Translations under genes and position numbers: made by a program
Shown: positions 20,926 through 31,407 of the stretch, one piece after another
Position numbering within the stretch: the first letter of the stretch is position 1
Layout: every line of letters starts with the position of its first letter
Assembly: GCA_046759445.1 (NCBI GenBank)
Contig: JBHICG010000014.1
Location: 1 to 62,040 of the forward strand
DNA: 62,040 bases
Reading direction: 5' to 3'
From: Candidatus Scalinduaceae bacterium
GTDB taxonomy: Bacteria; Planctomycetota; Brocadiia; Brocadiales; Scalinduaceae
The notes under the pieces: generated by a model
What the model saw: only the letters and a program-made list of their open reading frames with translations
What the model was told of the DNA's origin: nothing
Databases searched by the model: none

Positions 20926-23900
20926 ATGTCAGATTCAAAAAAAGAAATTAAAGATATTTTGAGACAATATAAAGAATATCTTAATACTGAAGAAGCTAAA
21001 GAACATCTTCAAACCATGGAGAAAGAGAAAAAAGAAGTCCATGACTTAATGGATAAGCTATCTCAGATGGATAAAAAAGGTGATGAATTTACTGAATTAG
21101 TTTTGTATGGATTGCTTCCTTATTCTAACACAAAAGTTGCTAAAAGAGTGAGTTTGTTTCCTGCTTTTATGAATATAATGATTTTCTTCAAAGCGTATAA
21201 TTACTCTAATGATGAGTGGAATCTGATTGCGAATAGAATTTATACTTTATGCATTAAATTCAAAGAAAATCCAAAAAAAATGTCTGAATATATTGTAGAA
21301 TTTACAAAAGATAAATACCATAGGCGTTTGCAATGTGGATCAATAACTCCAATTTTATTTTGTATTAATGATAATTACCCAATAGTCAATAACAGAGCAA
21401 TAAGAACTTTTAGAAGTATTAAGATTATCTTAGGAGAAAAAGGGAAATTATCTCAAAAACTAATTGATTATACAGATAATATAAAAAAGATTGATAAGCT
21501 AATTGCACATTTGGGATTAGAAATATTAAAAAATCACAATTATCAAGATTTATTTTTCTATTGGTATGATTCTGAAATTCTGAGCGAAGAACGAAGAGCT
21601 TCAAAAAAAGAATCTGAAGAAGGAGAAACAGAAACTGAAACAGAAGAAGAAGTTAAAAAAGAAGAAATAGATATAATACAATTTATTGAAGATGTAAATC
21701 TTGAGAAGGGATTTGATTTTACTCCACACTCATTAGGTGATCCTCAGAGGATAAAGATTAATCAAATCATATCTTCAAGCTCTAAAGCAAGATGGGTTTT
21801 ACCTCATTTTCAGAGATATTTTGATTGGAATAAAAATGATGTTAGGGATTTTTGGGAATCTATTTTTAATGATTATTATGTCGGCTCTTTTCTGTTATGG
21901 GATACAGACAGAAATCCAGAATTGGGAATTCAGCCAATACTAGGGGTGATTAAAAGTGAAGAAGATATTAGGCCTGACTCAATTATTTTAGATGGCCAGC
22001 AAAGAATAACATCTTTGCATTACGCTATTAAAGCACCTAAATTTGCTCTTCGTGGAAGTAAGATACCTGTTTATTTATATGTGAATTTTAATCACTATCT
22101 TAACAGCAATTCTAAATATGGTGTTATTGAAATACATACAAAAAGAATAAGTGAAGAAGATTCTTTTAGACTAATGTTGTTTCCTCTTTATGAATTGGAA
22201 AAATATAGTCAATGGGTGGATAAATTTGAGGATTTTCTTTTATCTCAAACAGAAGACCAAAATAAGGTTAGAAAGATTAGGCGAATTGTAGATAAGAAAT
22301 TAAGACATATGTGGGAAGGTTTTGAAATTCCTTATATTGCACTTCCAGAAAGTATGGAATTGTTTCAGGTAACTGATATATTTGAAAATATAAACACTAA
22401 AGGAAAACTTCTAAGTGTTTTTGACCTTTTAATTGCAAGATTATACAAAAATAATATTGAATTAAAAAAAATTTGGGATGCGACATTAAAAGATTATCCA
22501 AATATAGCAAGATATTCAAAAACAATATCAAAAACCCCGATTTATATTCTTCAAGCGATGTCTTTGCTTTATGAGAAAACTAGCTCAGCAAAAAGAGCAG
22601 ATATTTTAGATATATATTCTAACGTTTATGAAAATTCTGATAGGGATTTTGAAGAAGACTGGGATGAAGTTGCAGAATTTACAAACAAAGCAATTGAAAA
22701 ATTGGAAAATATGAGAGATGGTTTTGGTGTTAAGGATGATAAAGAGCTTCCCTTTGCACCAATGATCCCTGTTTTAACTGCATTATTGAAAGTTATAGAT
22801 GAAAAAGATGCAAAAGCAAAATGTTACAAAAAATTAAGTAAATGGTATTGGTCTGCAATTTTTACAAATGCTTATTCTTCTGCTGCCGATTCCCAAATGA
22901 CACAAGATTTTAAGGAAATTAAAAAGTGGTTTGACAATGATGAAGAAATACCCAAAACAATTACTCAAATGACAAGGGAAGTTCCTAACTTATATTTTAG
23001 AGATATTCAATCTAAATCAAACGCCAAATATAGGGGAGTTATGTCTTTAATAGCTATTGAAGGAGCAAAGGATTTTGATACTTCTCAAACATTAGAAAAT
23101 GCAAGAGGAAATGATAAAGACCATATTTTCCCAAAATCCTTTAATTTTGGTTTTGGTTCAAATAAACACGTTCATTCTATTCTAAATATGACTTGGATGT
23201 CTGATTCAACGAACAGAAGAATAAAAAGATGTAAAAAACCCACTTTATACGTTACTGAGTTCATAAAAACAAAATATAACAATAATAAAGACCAATATCT
23301 TGATATTCTAAAAACGCATTTCATAAATCAAAAAGCGTATGACTATCTTATTGAAGATAACTTTGAAGAATTTATCTCAGAGAGGGAAAAAACTATAATC
23401 TCTAAAATTAAGAAAATCATTGATTATGATGAGGTTAAAAAGGAAAAAACTCTAATTTCACCGGCAAATCCATTTACAAATAGGATAATTTTTCTAAATA
23501 TGCTGAAATCCTGTGATGAATATGTCTATTGGCTAGATAAATATTTTTCTCATTATGGTCTAGAATTACTTGCAGAATCAATTACAAATAATGTGAAGGA
23601 AATTAAGGTTATAATGTCCATTGATAAGGTTGATGACAGTTTTAGAAGTTTATTTAAAAATTTTAAAAAGGAAATGGCAAACAGAAGTATTAATTCTAAA
23701 TTAAAAGTAATTATTGATTCCAAAACAAAATCTTCTATACATGATAGATTCATAATAACCGAATATGACTCTTATAATATTCCATCTCCAGATATAATTG
23801 CAAGAGGGCAATTAAGTGAAATATCTAAAAGTTCCAATAAAGACAAACTAAAAAAAGAATTTGATGATTTATGGAATAAATCAAAAGATATTATACAAGA

Positions 23901-23934
23901 TTGGAATGATATTAAAGATAAATTAAAACAATAG
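20926..23934 (+). CDS. GmrSD-like (DUF262 + HNH-like) modification-dependent nuclease with extra N- and C-terminal domains
   Basis: LPHFQRYFDW, DGQQRITS, FENINTKG (DUF262); DHIFPKS...N (HNH-like); C-terminal WLDKYF...IHDRFII (PLD-like). Confidence 0.78.
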   Translation: MSDSKKEIKDILRQYKEYLNTEEAKEHLQTMEKEKKEVHDLMDKLSQMDKKGDEFTELVLYGLLPYSNTKVAKRVSLFPAFMNIMIFFKAYNYSNDEWNLIANRIYTLCIKFKENPKKMSEYIVEFTKDKYHRRLQCGSITPILFCINDNYPIVNNRAIRTFRSIKIILGEKGKLSQKLIDYTDNIKKIDKLIAHLGLEILKNHNYQDLFFYWYDSEILSEERRASKKESEEGETETETEEEVKKEEIDIIQFIEDVNLEKGFDFTPHSLGDPQRIKINQIISSSSKARWVLPHFQRYFDWNKNDVRDFWESIFNDYYVGSFLLWDTDRNPELGIQPILGVIKSEEDIRPDSIILDGQQRITSLHYAIKAPKFALRGSKIPVYLYVNFNHYLNSNSKYGVIEIHTKRISEEDSFRLMLFPLYELEKYSQWVDKFEDFLLSQTEDQNKVRKIRRIVDKKLRHMWEGFEIPYIALPESMELFQVTDIFENINTKGKLLSVFDLLIARLYKNNIELKKIWDATLKDYPNIARYSKTISKTPIYILQAMSLLYEKTSSAKRADILDIYSNVYENSDRDFEEDWDEVAEFTNKAIEKLENMRDGFGVKDDKELPFAPMIPVLTALLKVIDEKDAKAKCYKKLSKWYWSAIFTNAYSSAADSQMTQDFKEIKKWFDNDEEIPKTITQMTREVPNLYFRDIQSKSNAKYRGVMSLIAIEGAKDFDTSQTLENARGNDKDHIFPKSFNFGFGSNKHVHSILNMTWMSDSTNRRIKRCKKPTLYVTEFIKTKYNNNKDQYLDILKTHFINQKAYDYLIEDNFEEFISEREKTIISKIKKIIDYDEVKKEKTLISPANPFTNRIIFLNMLKSCDEYVYWLDKYFSHYGLELLAESITNNVKEIKVIMSIDKVDDSFRSLFKNFKKEMANRSINSKLKVIIDSKTKSSIHDRFIITEYDSYNIPSPDIIARGQLSEISKSSNKDKLKKEFDDLWNKSKDIIQDWNDIKDKLKQ

Positions 23935-24958
23935 TTGCTTTGCTATTTACTACACAATTTATTAAGAAGCTAGGAACACATCTCGGCACTTGACAAATGA
24001 TTCAATCCATCATGCATTTATCTTTGATACTAGATAATAGATGCCTGATCTGCGATCAGGTTGAATGTTTGTATATGCCCGATCTATGGTTTATATAAAT
24101 ACTGTCTGTCTTTAATTATATACAATCATTTCCATTATAAAAGCTAACCACGGAAATACCAGTCCGATAAGCATTATGGTGGGCATTTACATTTTTGGCA
24201 GGTCCGCAAAAATATTCAATATTGAACATCAAAGATGTGCCCCATAATCTTTCCGAATATCCAATCTCTTAAAACCCTCTTCTTAGGAATTCCGACCCGG
24301 TTCACTCGAAAAGCCCTAAAATCGGAAGGGTTTATTATTACTCAGACATACAAATTGTAGTATAAAAATTGGAAAAAAACTATATATATAGTATATTTTA
24401 CTTGACAAACAATTCCTTTTTGCTTACACTTAGCGCTGGAATAGATAGAAACATTTTTTTTGGGGAGGTAGTTAAGGTTAAATTGGCTTATTAATTTATC
24501 AATGCGATGTTACTCAAGTTGGACACGTTGCCATTACATTAGTTTTTATGGAAGATTATTAGGTTGAATATCGAAATAGCTTTTGTAAGATTAGTAGCAA
24601 GTATATTTTTAGGATTTGATTTTGGCTTTTGTTTTTATAGAGAAGTAAAGTCACTTCTGAACATTTGAATTTCTTGCCTCTCATTTTCAGGCGTTTATAA
24701 ATCCTCTCGTATTCTTCCCAAAGCTACCGAACAGTCTACTTCTAGACATAGTTTTCTATTCTATCGTGACAATATTTTGATTGATAATGAATTGCATTAT
24801 CATGGGAAAATATTTTAATAATTAAATAATAGGTGCTATCCCTATTAAGCTCTGAATTGGATTACTGTTTTTCATTGTGCAGACGAATTTAATGGATAGC
24901 TACTCAACCGGTGAAATACTTGACACTTTTAAAACATCGTAATTTGCTTAATTATAAA

Positions 24959-25831
24959 ATGAGTGTAAGTGATAGGTTTGCAAGGTTGCTTGACAACCTG
25001 AAATTAACGAAAGATCAAAACGGCGATGGTATCACAAAGCATGGTGGTATACGAACCTGTTTAAACAAATACTACTACAACATTTACTCAGGTACCGCAA
25101 ATAGTATGCTTATTGGTTCATGGGGCAAAAAAACTCGTATTCGTCCTCCGAGAGATATTGATTTACTTTTCATTCTTCCTGTATCCGTTTATTATAGATT
25201 CGAGTCTCGTCCTGGCAACAAACAATCTCAACTACTCCAAGAGGTTAAACAAGTTTTGCAGGCTACTTACTCAACCACAAGAATGCGAGGTGATGGACAG
25301 GTTATCGTTGTACAATTCCAATCTCAATCAGTTGAGGTTGTACCCGCTTTTCTACTAACATCAGGGCAATACTGGATTTGCGATACACATAAAGGAGGTA
25401 TTTATAAGACATCGGATCCAAAAGCTGAAATTAATAGAGTGCAAATATCTAACAATGCAACATCTGGTAATACAAGAGACCTGATACGGATGTTGAAATG
25501 TTGGCAAAGTTACTGCAACGTACCAATAAAATCATTTTATCTGGAATTATTATCTATAGATTTTCTACAATCTTGGAGTTATAGAGGGAAAAGCACCGTT
25601 TATTATGATTGGATGACTCGTGATTTTTTTTCCTATTTAACAAGGAAGGTTCAGAATTATTTTTTTGTTCCTGGGACAAACGAACTAATAAATGTTGGAA
25701 GTGAATGGAAAAGTAAAGCCGAGACAGCTTACTCTAGAGCAGTCAAAGCCTGTCATTATGAGGGTAATAATATGTATGTTTATGCAGGAATTGAGTGGCA
25801 AAAGATTTTTGGGACATATATCCCAGCATAG
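24959..25831 (+). CDS. SMODS / CD-NTase-like nucleotidyltransferase
   Basis: GSWGKKTRIRPPRDIDL (GS...DxD), EVVPAF, IKSFYLELL, WQKIFG. Confidence 0.85.
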   Translation: MSVSDRFARLLDNLKLTKDQNGDGITKHGGIRTCLNKYYYNIYSGTANSMLIGSWGKKTRIRPPRDIDLLFILPVSVYYRFESRPGNKQSQLLQEVKQVLQATYSTTRMRGDGQVIVVQFQSQSVEVVPAFLLTSGQYWICDTHKGGIYKTSDPKAEINRVQISNNATSGNTRDLIRMLKCWQSYCNVPIKSFYLELLSIDFLQSWSYRGKSTVYYDWMTRDFFSYLTRKVQNYFFVPGTNELINVGSEWKSKAETAYSRAVKACHYEGNNMYVYAGIEWQKIFGTYIPA

Positions 25832-25839
25832 GATTGTAA

Positions 25840-26367
25840 ATGGCTTCTATAAATGAAGAACTAGCCACTGAATGTAAACGTCAATCTGAGAATTGTCTCT
25901 ATACCTCAACAGCTCTGTTTATTTGGCTAAAATTTCTAAGAGGATTGAGAATTTTCTTTGCTGTGGTTCCTCTTATTTTGGGCTCTTTAGCAAGTTGGAA
26001 GCTTCTTACATCTTTGGACTTAACTAATGTAAAGATTTTTATAGCGGTAATTTCGTTTATTGCTGGTATTATGCCAACTATCTACGCAGTACTAAAAGTT
26101 GATGAGTACTTAGGAAAAGCAGCAAATATTGCTGGAGATTTTAAAAACCTCCAGGACAGATTTAGACAAGCAGCCCTAGTATCTTCAAAGAAACCATTTA
26201 ATGAATTTGAAAAAGACTTTAATAAAATTGTTGAAAGTCTAGAAAGAGCTCGTAGTAATAGCATTACACCACCAGAGTGGTGTTTTAAGAGAGCCCAAGC
26301 AAAGATAAAGAGTGGGGACTATGATTTTGATGTAGATATTATCCGAGCTAAAGAAAAAGAAAACTGA
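25840..26367 (+). CDS. SLATT-family 2-TM effector
   Basis: Two hydrophobic helices plus helical C-terminus, 8 bp downstream of the SMODS gene. Confidence 0.75.
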   Translation: MASINEELATECKRQSENCLYTSTALFIWLKFLRGLRIFFAVVPLILGSLASWKLLTSLDLTNVKIFIAVISFIAGIMPTIYAVLKVDEYLGKAANIAGDFKNLQDRFRQAALVSSKKPFNEFEKDFNKIVESLERARSNSITPPEWCFKRAQAKIKSGDYDFDVDIIRAKEKEN

Positions 26368-26484
26368 ACTATTTTCTAAAGGGTCAGCGCCTGTTTTCAA
26401 ACAAGAGGGGATCTTTAATAGAAAATATTTTGTAATGTACACCAATCCTTGCTAAAAAAAATAAGGAGATAAACCTAGGTCCTT

Positions 26485-27375
26485 TTAATTTATCATAGAT
26501 GTTGAATCTGGATTATGATTCTTATGTAGATTCTTTGCCTGTTCGAAGCTGTTGGTAGCATAACAGTATTGGCAGCCAAACAAGCATGTGTTGTACATAC
26601 CGATGTCTTTGCTTACTACACAGCCACACGCCTTTCTTTGGAAAGGGTCTTTTTTGTGAGTAACACTTATTCCAAATACCCTTTCTATGTAATCATCATC
26701 AATACATTTTCCGTGGCGTATATTATATTTAATCAAATCAGGTTCTTCGGCACAGCTCACAATCTCCTTCGCGTTTTCGTCTGCAATCTGAGCTAAAGAG
26801 TACAGGAGTCCTTCAAGATGCCGATCATCCATTTCATTGAAGTCAATTATTTCTACACCATGGTCTCTTAATGTGCTTAAGCGTTTCTTTAGTTTGGGAT
26901 AAATGTCCACAAGGCTGATCACTGACCGTTGAGTATGTCCTTTCAGGCCTTCTGCAATTTTTTTATATGTGCTGATGTGAAATTCTATTCCCGTAATACT
27001 GCTCATAATAACAGGGTCATAACGCCATATAACCCTTTCATGCCCGATAAGGTCAGACAGTTTCTTAAATATATTTAACGATGATGGGAGTGGAGGGGTA
27101 TTGTTGTCAATCAGACGTGGATTATTCATAAGCGTATATTGGAAATAGTACAGATAACCTAGCTGGTCCAGTTCCTTTAAATACGGAATTAAAGGCTGTG
27201 GATTTCTCGTCCAGAAGACAATCATGTCGACATCTTCAGGGCGGAGAGATACATGTAATATCTGTTTTTTGTTAGAGGGATTGGGTACAGTACAATAACC
27301 CGCACGTATACGGTTCATGAACCACCGGGCATAAAATGCAGGAATGTCCGTTCTCCTGCTGGCGCTGATTATCAA
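26485..27375 (-). CDS. DUF1848 family protein (Fe-S cluster motif)
   Basis: MIISASRRTDIPAFY N-terminus; DIGMYNTCLFGCQYCYA. Confidence 0.9.
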   Translation of the reverse strand: MIISASRRTDIPAFYARWFMNRIRAGYCTVPNPSNKKQILHVSLRPEDVDMIVFWTRNPQPLIPYLKELDQLGYLYYFQYTLMNNPRLIDNNTPPLPSSLNIFKKLSDLIGHERVIWRYDPVIMSSITGIEFHISTYKKIAEGLKGHTQRSVISLVDIYPKLKKRLSTLRDHGVEIIDFNEMDDRHLEGLLYSLAQIADENAKEIVSCAEEPDLIKYNIRHGKCIDDDYIERVFGISVTHKKDPFQRKACGCVVSKDIGMYNTCLFGCQYCYATNSFEQAKNLHKNHNPDSTSMIN

Positions 27376-27437
27376 TAAGGTTCCTCCGGAATACAGAGAG
27401 TTAAATAAGGTTGTTGTTTGAGATGTAGATGGTCCAT

Positions 27438-28118
27438 TTATTTATTGTTTAGTACCAGTAACCTGCCGGGGATCTTTCCGTCCTTAAGTTCTACTATTGA
27501 GATGGAGGTGTTTTTGATACTTATTCTATTAGCGTACATTTCCAGAGGCAGATCAAGTGCGGCCAAAATCAGGCATTTCGTGACAAAAGAGTGTGAAACA
27601 ATCAGAATGTTGCCAGTACTGTTACTCTTGATAATTTCTGTTAACTCTTCCTTTTTTGTATTATGGAAATCGGTAAATCTATCGCCTCCCGGGGCCTCGA
27701 ACATGTAGAGTCTGTTCTTTCTTATATCTGCTAATTCCGGGTTTGAACGGTCCGCTTCCGTTAATGGTATGCCGCATAATGTCCCGAAATTAAAATCTCT
27801 CAGACCTCTTGAAATATGAATTTCCCGTAATGGTGGTTTCCATTCTTCGTTAATTAATTGAGCGGTATGTATTGCCCTGTGCCAGTCACTCGAATATATC
27901 CTTCTTATCGGAATCTGGCTCAGCTTCTTTCCCAGATTCCTTGCTGAAATCACGCCTTCTTCATTTAATTGATCTCCATCGGGTGTCCAGGGCTGAAATA
28001 TCCGTTTAGCGTTCAGGTGTGTCTTCCCATGCCTGGTAAAGATGAGGCGGATTATGTCCGTTTCTTCATTCTGAAGGATTCCCTCCGCTTCTTCAAAGGT
28101 TGAGTAGTTAGTTTCCAT
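27438..28118 (-). CDS. histidine phosphatase (phosphoglycerate mutase family)
   Basis: RHG motif, YSSDWHRAIHTA, LIVSH. Confidence 0.85.
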   Translation of the reverse strand: METNYSTFEEAEGILQNEETDIIRLIFTRHGKTHLNAKRIFQPWTPDGDQLNEEGVISARNLGKKLSQIPIRRIYSSDWHRAIHTAQLINEEWKPPLREIHISRGLRDFNFGTLCGIPLTEADRSNPELADIRKNRLYMFEAPGGDRFTDFHNTKKEELTEIIKSNSTGNILIVSHSFVTKCLILAALDLPLEMYANRISIKNTSISIVELKDGKIPGRLLVLNNK

Positions 28119-28119
28119 T

Positions 28120-28491
28120 TTATGTGCCATGGCTTTTCAAGATCGCCTTTAATGCAACAATCAGATTACTGGCGTCATGCTTGGTATAGGTTTCGAGCTC
28201 TTGGTTATGAAAATATTTGTGCATATAATTATGAAAATGGGCATCATCCCACTGAAGTTTCTCTTTCAACTGTCGCAGATAATATTTCTGCCGTAGGGTT
28301 ATCCCTTTCTTTGTTACTCGATAATGGCGGGTTCTGACAAAATAACGCATCAGTTTATTAAACTGATTGTCGGTCAAATCTTTTGCGGATCGAACACCAG
28401 TGACTCGTTCAAGAATATTCCGGTACTCGTCATCACTCAAGGATAATTCCTTTTTAACAATGTGAATAACCGCCAGTTTTTTATTATCCAT
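28120..28491 (-). CDS. GemA/Gp16 (DUF1018)-like protein
   Basis: IHIVKKELSLSDDEYRNIL...GVRSAKDLT resembles phage Mu GemA N-terminus. Confidence 0.65.
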   Translation of the reverse strand: MDNKKLAVIHIVKKELSLSDDEYRNILERVTGVRSAKDLTDNQFNKLMRYFVRTRHYRVTKKGITLRQKYYLRQLKEKLQWDDAHFHNYMHKYFHNQELETYTKHDASNLIVALKAILKSHGT

Positions 28492-28671
28492 TAAATAGAA
28501 ATATTTGGAAGGTAATGAGGGTTAAATCCCTGATTGAAGATCAGCCTTACTCATATTTATAAATGATTCAATTCATCAGGTCTATCCTTTATAGCTGCAA
28601 ATTATAAACAAATCAATCTTTGCTTTAAGAGAATGAGAAAATCGGCATCATTTTATAAACCCTTCCTATTT

Positions 28672-28708
28672 CCCCTTGATTTTGATATTTCGCCTTACTA
28701 TCATAAAC
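28672..28708 (+). promoter_or_regulatory. sigma70-type promoter, partial copy of recurrent module
   Basis: cccTTGATT-17 bp-TATCATaaac upstream of the rhodanese gene. Confidence 0.65.
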
Positions 28709-28751
28709 TGTCCGCTGCCGATTTTAACTTTTTTTAATAAAGGAGAAACAA

Positions 28752-29306
28752 ATGGCTAAAATCTTACAATTACTTCTTGTTCTGGGGTTTTTAGTTTTTG
28801 CAATGCCCCAGGCCTTCTCTCAAGAACAAAATAAACCCATATGCTCTTCCTGCGAACTGAGTGCAAAAGGTGGTGCAAAATGCCCGATTCATGAAAAGGC
28901 CATATGCAACCACTCAGGTAAAGAATCCTGTTGTAGCCATAAGGGCAAATGGAAACTGTATAAAAAGCTTAAACATGGCCCTTATATTAATACTACCGTA
29001 CTTGAAAACCTGTTGGAAAGTAATCTTCCCATGGTTCTTTTAGATGCCAGGACAGGAAAGTGGGATGATAAAACCCGAATCCCAGGAGCTCAGAGCTTAA
29101 ATGATAAATCTACCAAAGATGAAGTTGAAAAAGTGATTAAAACCAAAGATACCCTGGTGATCACTTATTGTGCCAATTTGAAATGCCCCGCAAGCAACAA
29201 GCTCTATATTCATCTTAAAAAGCTGGGTTACAAAAACGTCCTGGAATATCCCTTCGGTATTGAGAGATGGCTGGAATCAGGAAACGATATTGAGATGGCC
29301 GAATAA
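28752..29306 (+). CDS. exported rhodanese-like domain protein
   Basis: Signal peptide; LDAR...IPGA...YCANLKCPAS...GIERW. Confidence 0.8.
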   Translation: MAKILQLLLVLGFLVFAMPQAFSQEQNKPICSSCELSAKGGAKCPIHEKAICNHSGKESCCSHKGKWKLYKKLKHGPYINTTVLENLLESNLPMVLLDARTGKWDDKTRIPGAQSLNDKSTKDEVEKVIKTKDTLVITYCANLKCPASNKLYIHLKKLGYKNVLEYPFGIERWLESGNDIEMAE

Positions 29307-29438
29307 AATTGGAATTCCTTGCTTTAAGAGAGAAGAAGGCGTAGATATAAATGCAAACAAAAGGCTATTAAGGTGGGATAATGGTAAACATTATCACAAA
29401 GTGTAAGACTTAATCCAATCTTTAGTAGGAGGAACACT

Positions 29439-29741
29439 ATGAGTAATGATGTACCGGAGGACTGCATGAATCCGGATTACCTCAAAAAAGCGTTTAAAAC
29501 ATTCAAAAAGCGCCTCAGACTGACACGCCTTGACGCCGAGTCAACAATGGGCGGCAGTGCTCTAAGTGGTGGCCGAAAGTCAGGCATTGTAGCCATTCGG
29601 CCGCCAAATAATTTCCCTCAGGAGGTGTGGGACAAGCTCGTGGAAATGGGTAAGCTTCGTAGTGAAGGAATGGGCCTCTACGAGCTGGTCGAGGACCCTA
29701 CCCCCAAAAAGAAAGGGTCAAACGAAATTTATGACAAATAG
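29439..29741 (+). CDS. hypothetical protein
   Basis: AGGAGG RBS, 100 aa, followed by a hairpin at 29748-29770. Confidence 0.65.
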   Translation: MSNDVPEDCMNPDYLKKAFKTFKKRLRLTRLDAESTMGGSALSGGRKSGIVAIRPPNNFPQEVWDKLVEMGKLRSEGMGLYELVEDPTPKKKGSNEIYDK

Positions 29742-29915
29742 ATTCTGGCCCGCCAGAGTGATAGGCGGGCTAAGCTATTAAGGCAATCAGAGATTGCCCT
29801 AATAGCCAGATGCTCGTTTTTTTGGATATCATTACAATAATGGTATTATCCAGAAACTTTATAATAACTTGTTAGGCCGTGAGACTGATTGGCCATACGT
29901 GGAAGGGTAAATCGA

Positions 29916-30557
29916 ATGCTAGACCTGTACTGCGAACGCGTTGATCCAGGTCTATGGGCCGAGCCCGTGAACGCTTCGACCAACCTTGCGTTCTTCCTGG
30001 CCGCGTGCGCGGTTTGGAACTTGGCTCGCCATGCGCAGACCCTATCCGCTAGGATTTGGCTGTTGATCGTCTTGATAGTCACGATTGGAATTGGAAGCAG
30101 TTTGTTTCACACGTTCGCCACAACGTGGGCGAGAGTTCTCGATGCGGTGCCCATTCTGCTTTTTCAGCTCTCGTACCTGTGGCTCTACAGCCGCGAGATC
30201 ATCAGGATGAGGTTTGGATATGCTGCAGGGCTGTTGGCCACATTTCTTGTGGCCGCTTACTTTGGCAAACAGTTCCCGCACATCCTGAACGGATCGCTGA
30301 TTTACGCTCCCGCCGCTCTTCTCATACTGGGACTCGGGCTCTATCATTACCGCTCACGGAAGGATGAGCGGTTTGCTGTGCTCGCGGCAGCCGGAGTATT
30401 TTTCGTGGCACTCTTTTTCCGCAGCATCGACAATGCCGTCTGCCCTTCCTTTCCTGTGGGCACTCATTTTCTCTGGCATCTGTTGGTTCCCGTCGTTCTC
30501 TACCTTTGCATGCGGGGCCTACTCTTGAACTTGGCGAAGACCTCGAGGACGGCCTAA
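29916..30557 (+). CDS. ceramidase-like (CREST superfamily) membrane protein
   Basis: YCER...WAEPVNASTN, GSSLFH, HFLWH; markedly higher GC than flanks. Confidence 0.8.
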   Translation: MLDLYCERVDPGLWAEPVNASTNLAFFLAACAVWNLARHAQTLSARIWLLIVLIVTIGIGSSLFHTFATTWARVLDAVPILLFQLSYLWLYSREIIRMRFGYAAGLLATFLVAAYFGKQFPHILNGSLIYAPAALLILGLGLYHYRSRKDERFAVLAAAGVFFVALFFRSIDNAVCPSFPVGTHFLWHLLVPVVLYLCMRGLLLNLAKTSRTA

Positions 30558-30773
30558 CCTTTTAAGGGAAAATAGGAAAATAGGGTTCCGCCACACAAAC
30601 CGTCGGACAGGCAGCGCCTGTTTTTTGGCATAGAGAAAAGAAGTTATTCGGTATTTGCCTGTCCCGTACGAGCCCCCAATGCTTCCTTGTCAAAAGTAGG
30701 CTCTGTAAGAGCGGAAGCAAGGAATGGGGGCAAGTTTACGGGGTTATTTGATGCAATAAGCTAAAATGTGTAT

Positions 30774-30805
30774 TTATGTCTACCTCCATTCTCCATAATC
30801 CTTTG
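30774..30805 (-). repeat. short degenerate copy of pyrK 3' end
   Basis: ttatgtctacctccattctccataatcctttg matches 51454-51485 and 31408-31439. Adjacent 30610-30650 is identical to 51357-51396. Confidence 0.65.
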
Positions 30806-30951
30806 AAGAAATAGAAGCTAATATTAAAGAAGCATAGAGTGATTAGAGAGATAGAAAGTGCTAAAGATCGTTGACAACAATGAAAAAAAGCGATAGTATT
30901 ATTAGGTATTGTACTTTAAATATAGGTGTTACCAGGTAAAAAGATTTAAAC

Positions 30952-31155
30952 ATGAAGATAAAGGTAATTGTTGAAAAAGGGAAAGACGGTTATTTCACGG
31001 CCCATTGTCCATCATTGAAAAGTTGTTGGTCTCAGGGAAAAACCAAAAAAGAAGCATTAAGAAACATTCAAGAAGCTATTGAACTATATTTAGAACCTGA
31101 AATAGAAGGTTTTGTGCAAGACGAAAATCGTGAAATTCATGAACTTATATTATGA
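30952..31155 (+). CDS. hicB: HicB-like antitoxin
   Basis: CPSLKSCWSQGKTKKEALRNIQEAIELYL. Confidence 0.85.
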   Translation: MKIKVIVEKGKDGYFTAHCPSLKSCWSQGKTKKEALRNIQEAIELYLEPEIEGFVQDENREIHELIL

Positions 31156-31370
31156 AGCTTCCTCTTCTATCAGGAAGACAAGTGTTATCGACGTTAAAAC
31201 GTCTTGGCTTTATCGAACTTCATAGGAGGGGCAGTCATATTAAAATGAAACATCCTAATGGGAAAAAGATTGTTTTTCCTTATCACGATGAAATCGATCG
31301 TTATACTCTTAAAGGCGCTTTGAAAGATGCAGAAGTTGATATTGATGAATTTATTAAAAACATCAAGTAA
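31152..31370 (+). CDS. hicA: HicA-like toxin
   Basis: LKRLGF...RGSHIKM; ATGA overlap with hicB. Confidence 0.85.
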   Translation: MKLPLLSGRQVLSTLKRLGFIELHRRGSHIKMKHPNGKKIVFPYHDEIDRYTLKGALKDAEVDIDEFIKNIK

Positions 31371-31407
31371 AGACTAAGGTAGTCCTTATTAAAACGTTGA
31401 AGATTAT

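Noticed and set aside
24388..24403. LexA or NrdR box
   Set aside because: ACTATATATATAGT is palindromic but does not fit either consensus well and may be simple TA repetition.
28120..28491. Prophage
   Set aside because: Only a GemA-like gene; no structural, terminase, integrase or Mu transposase genes nearby.
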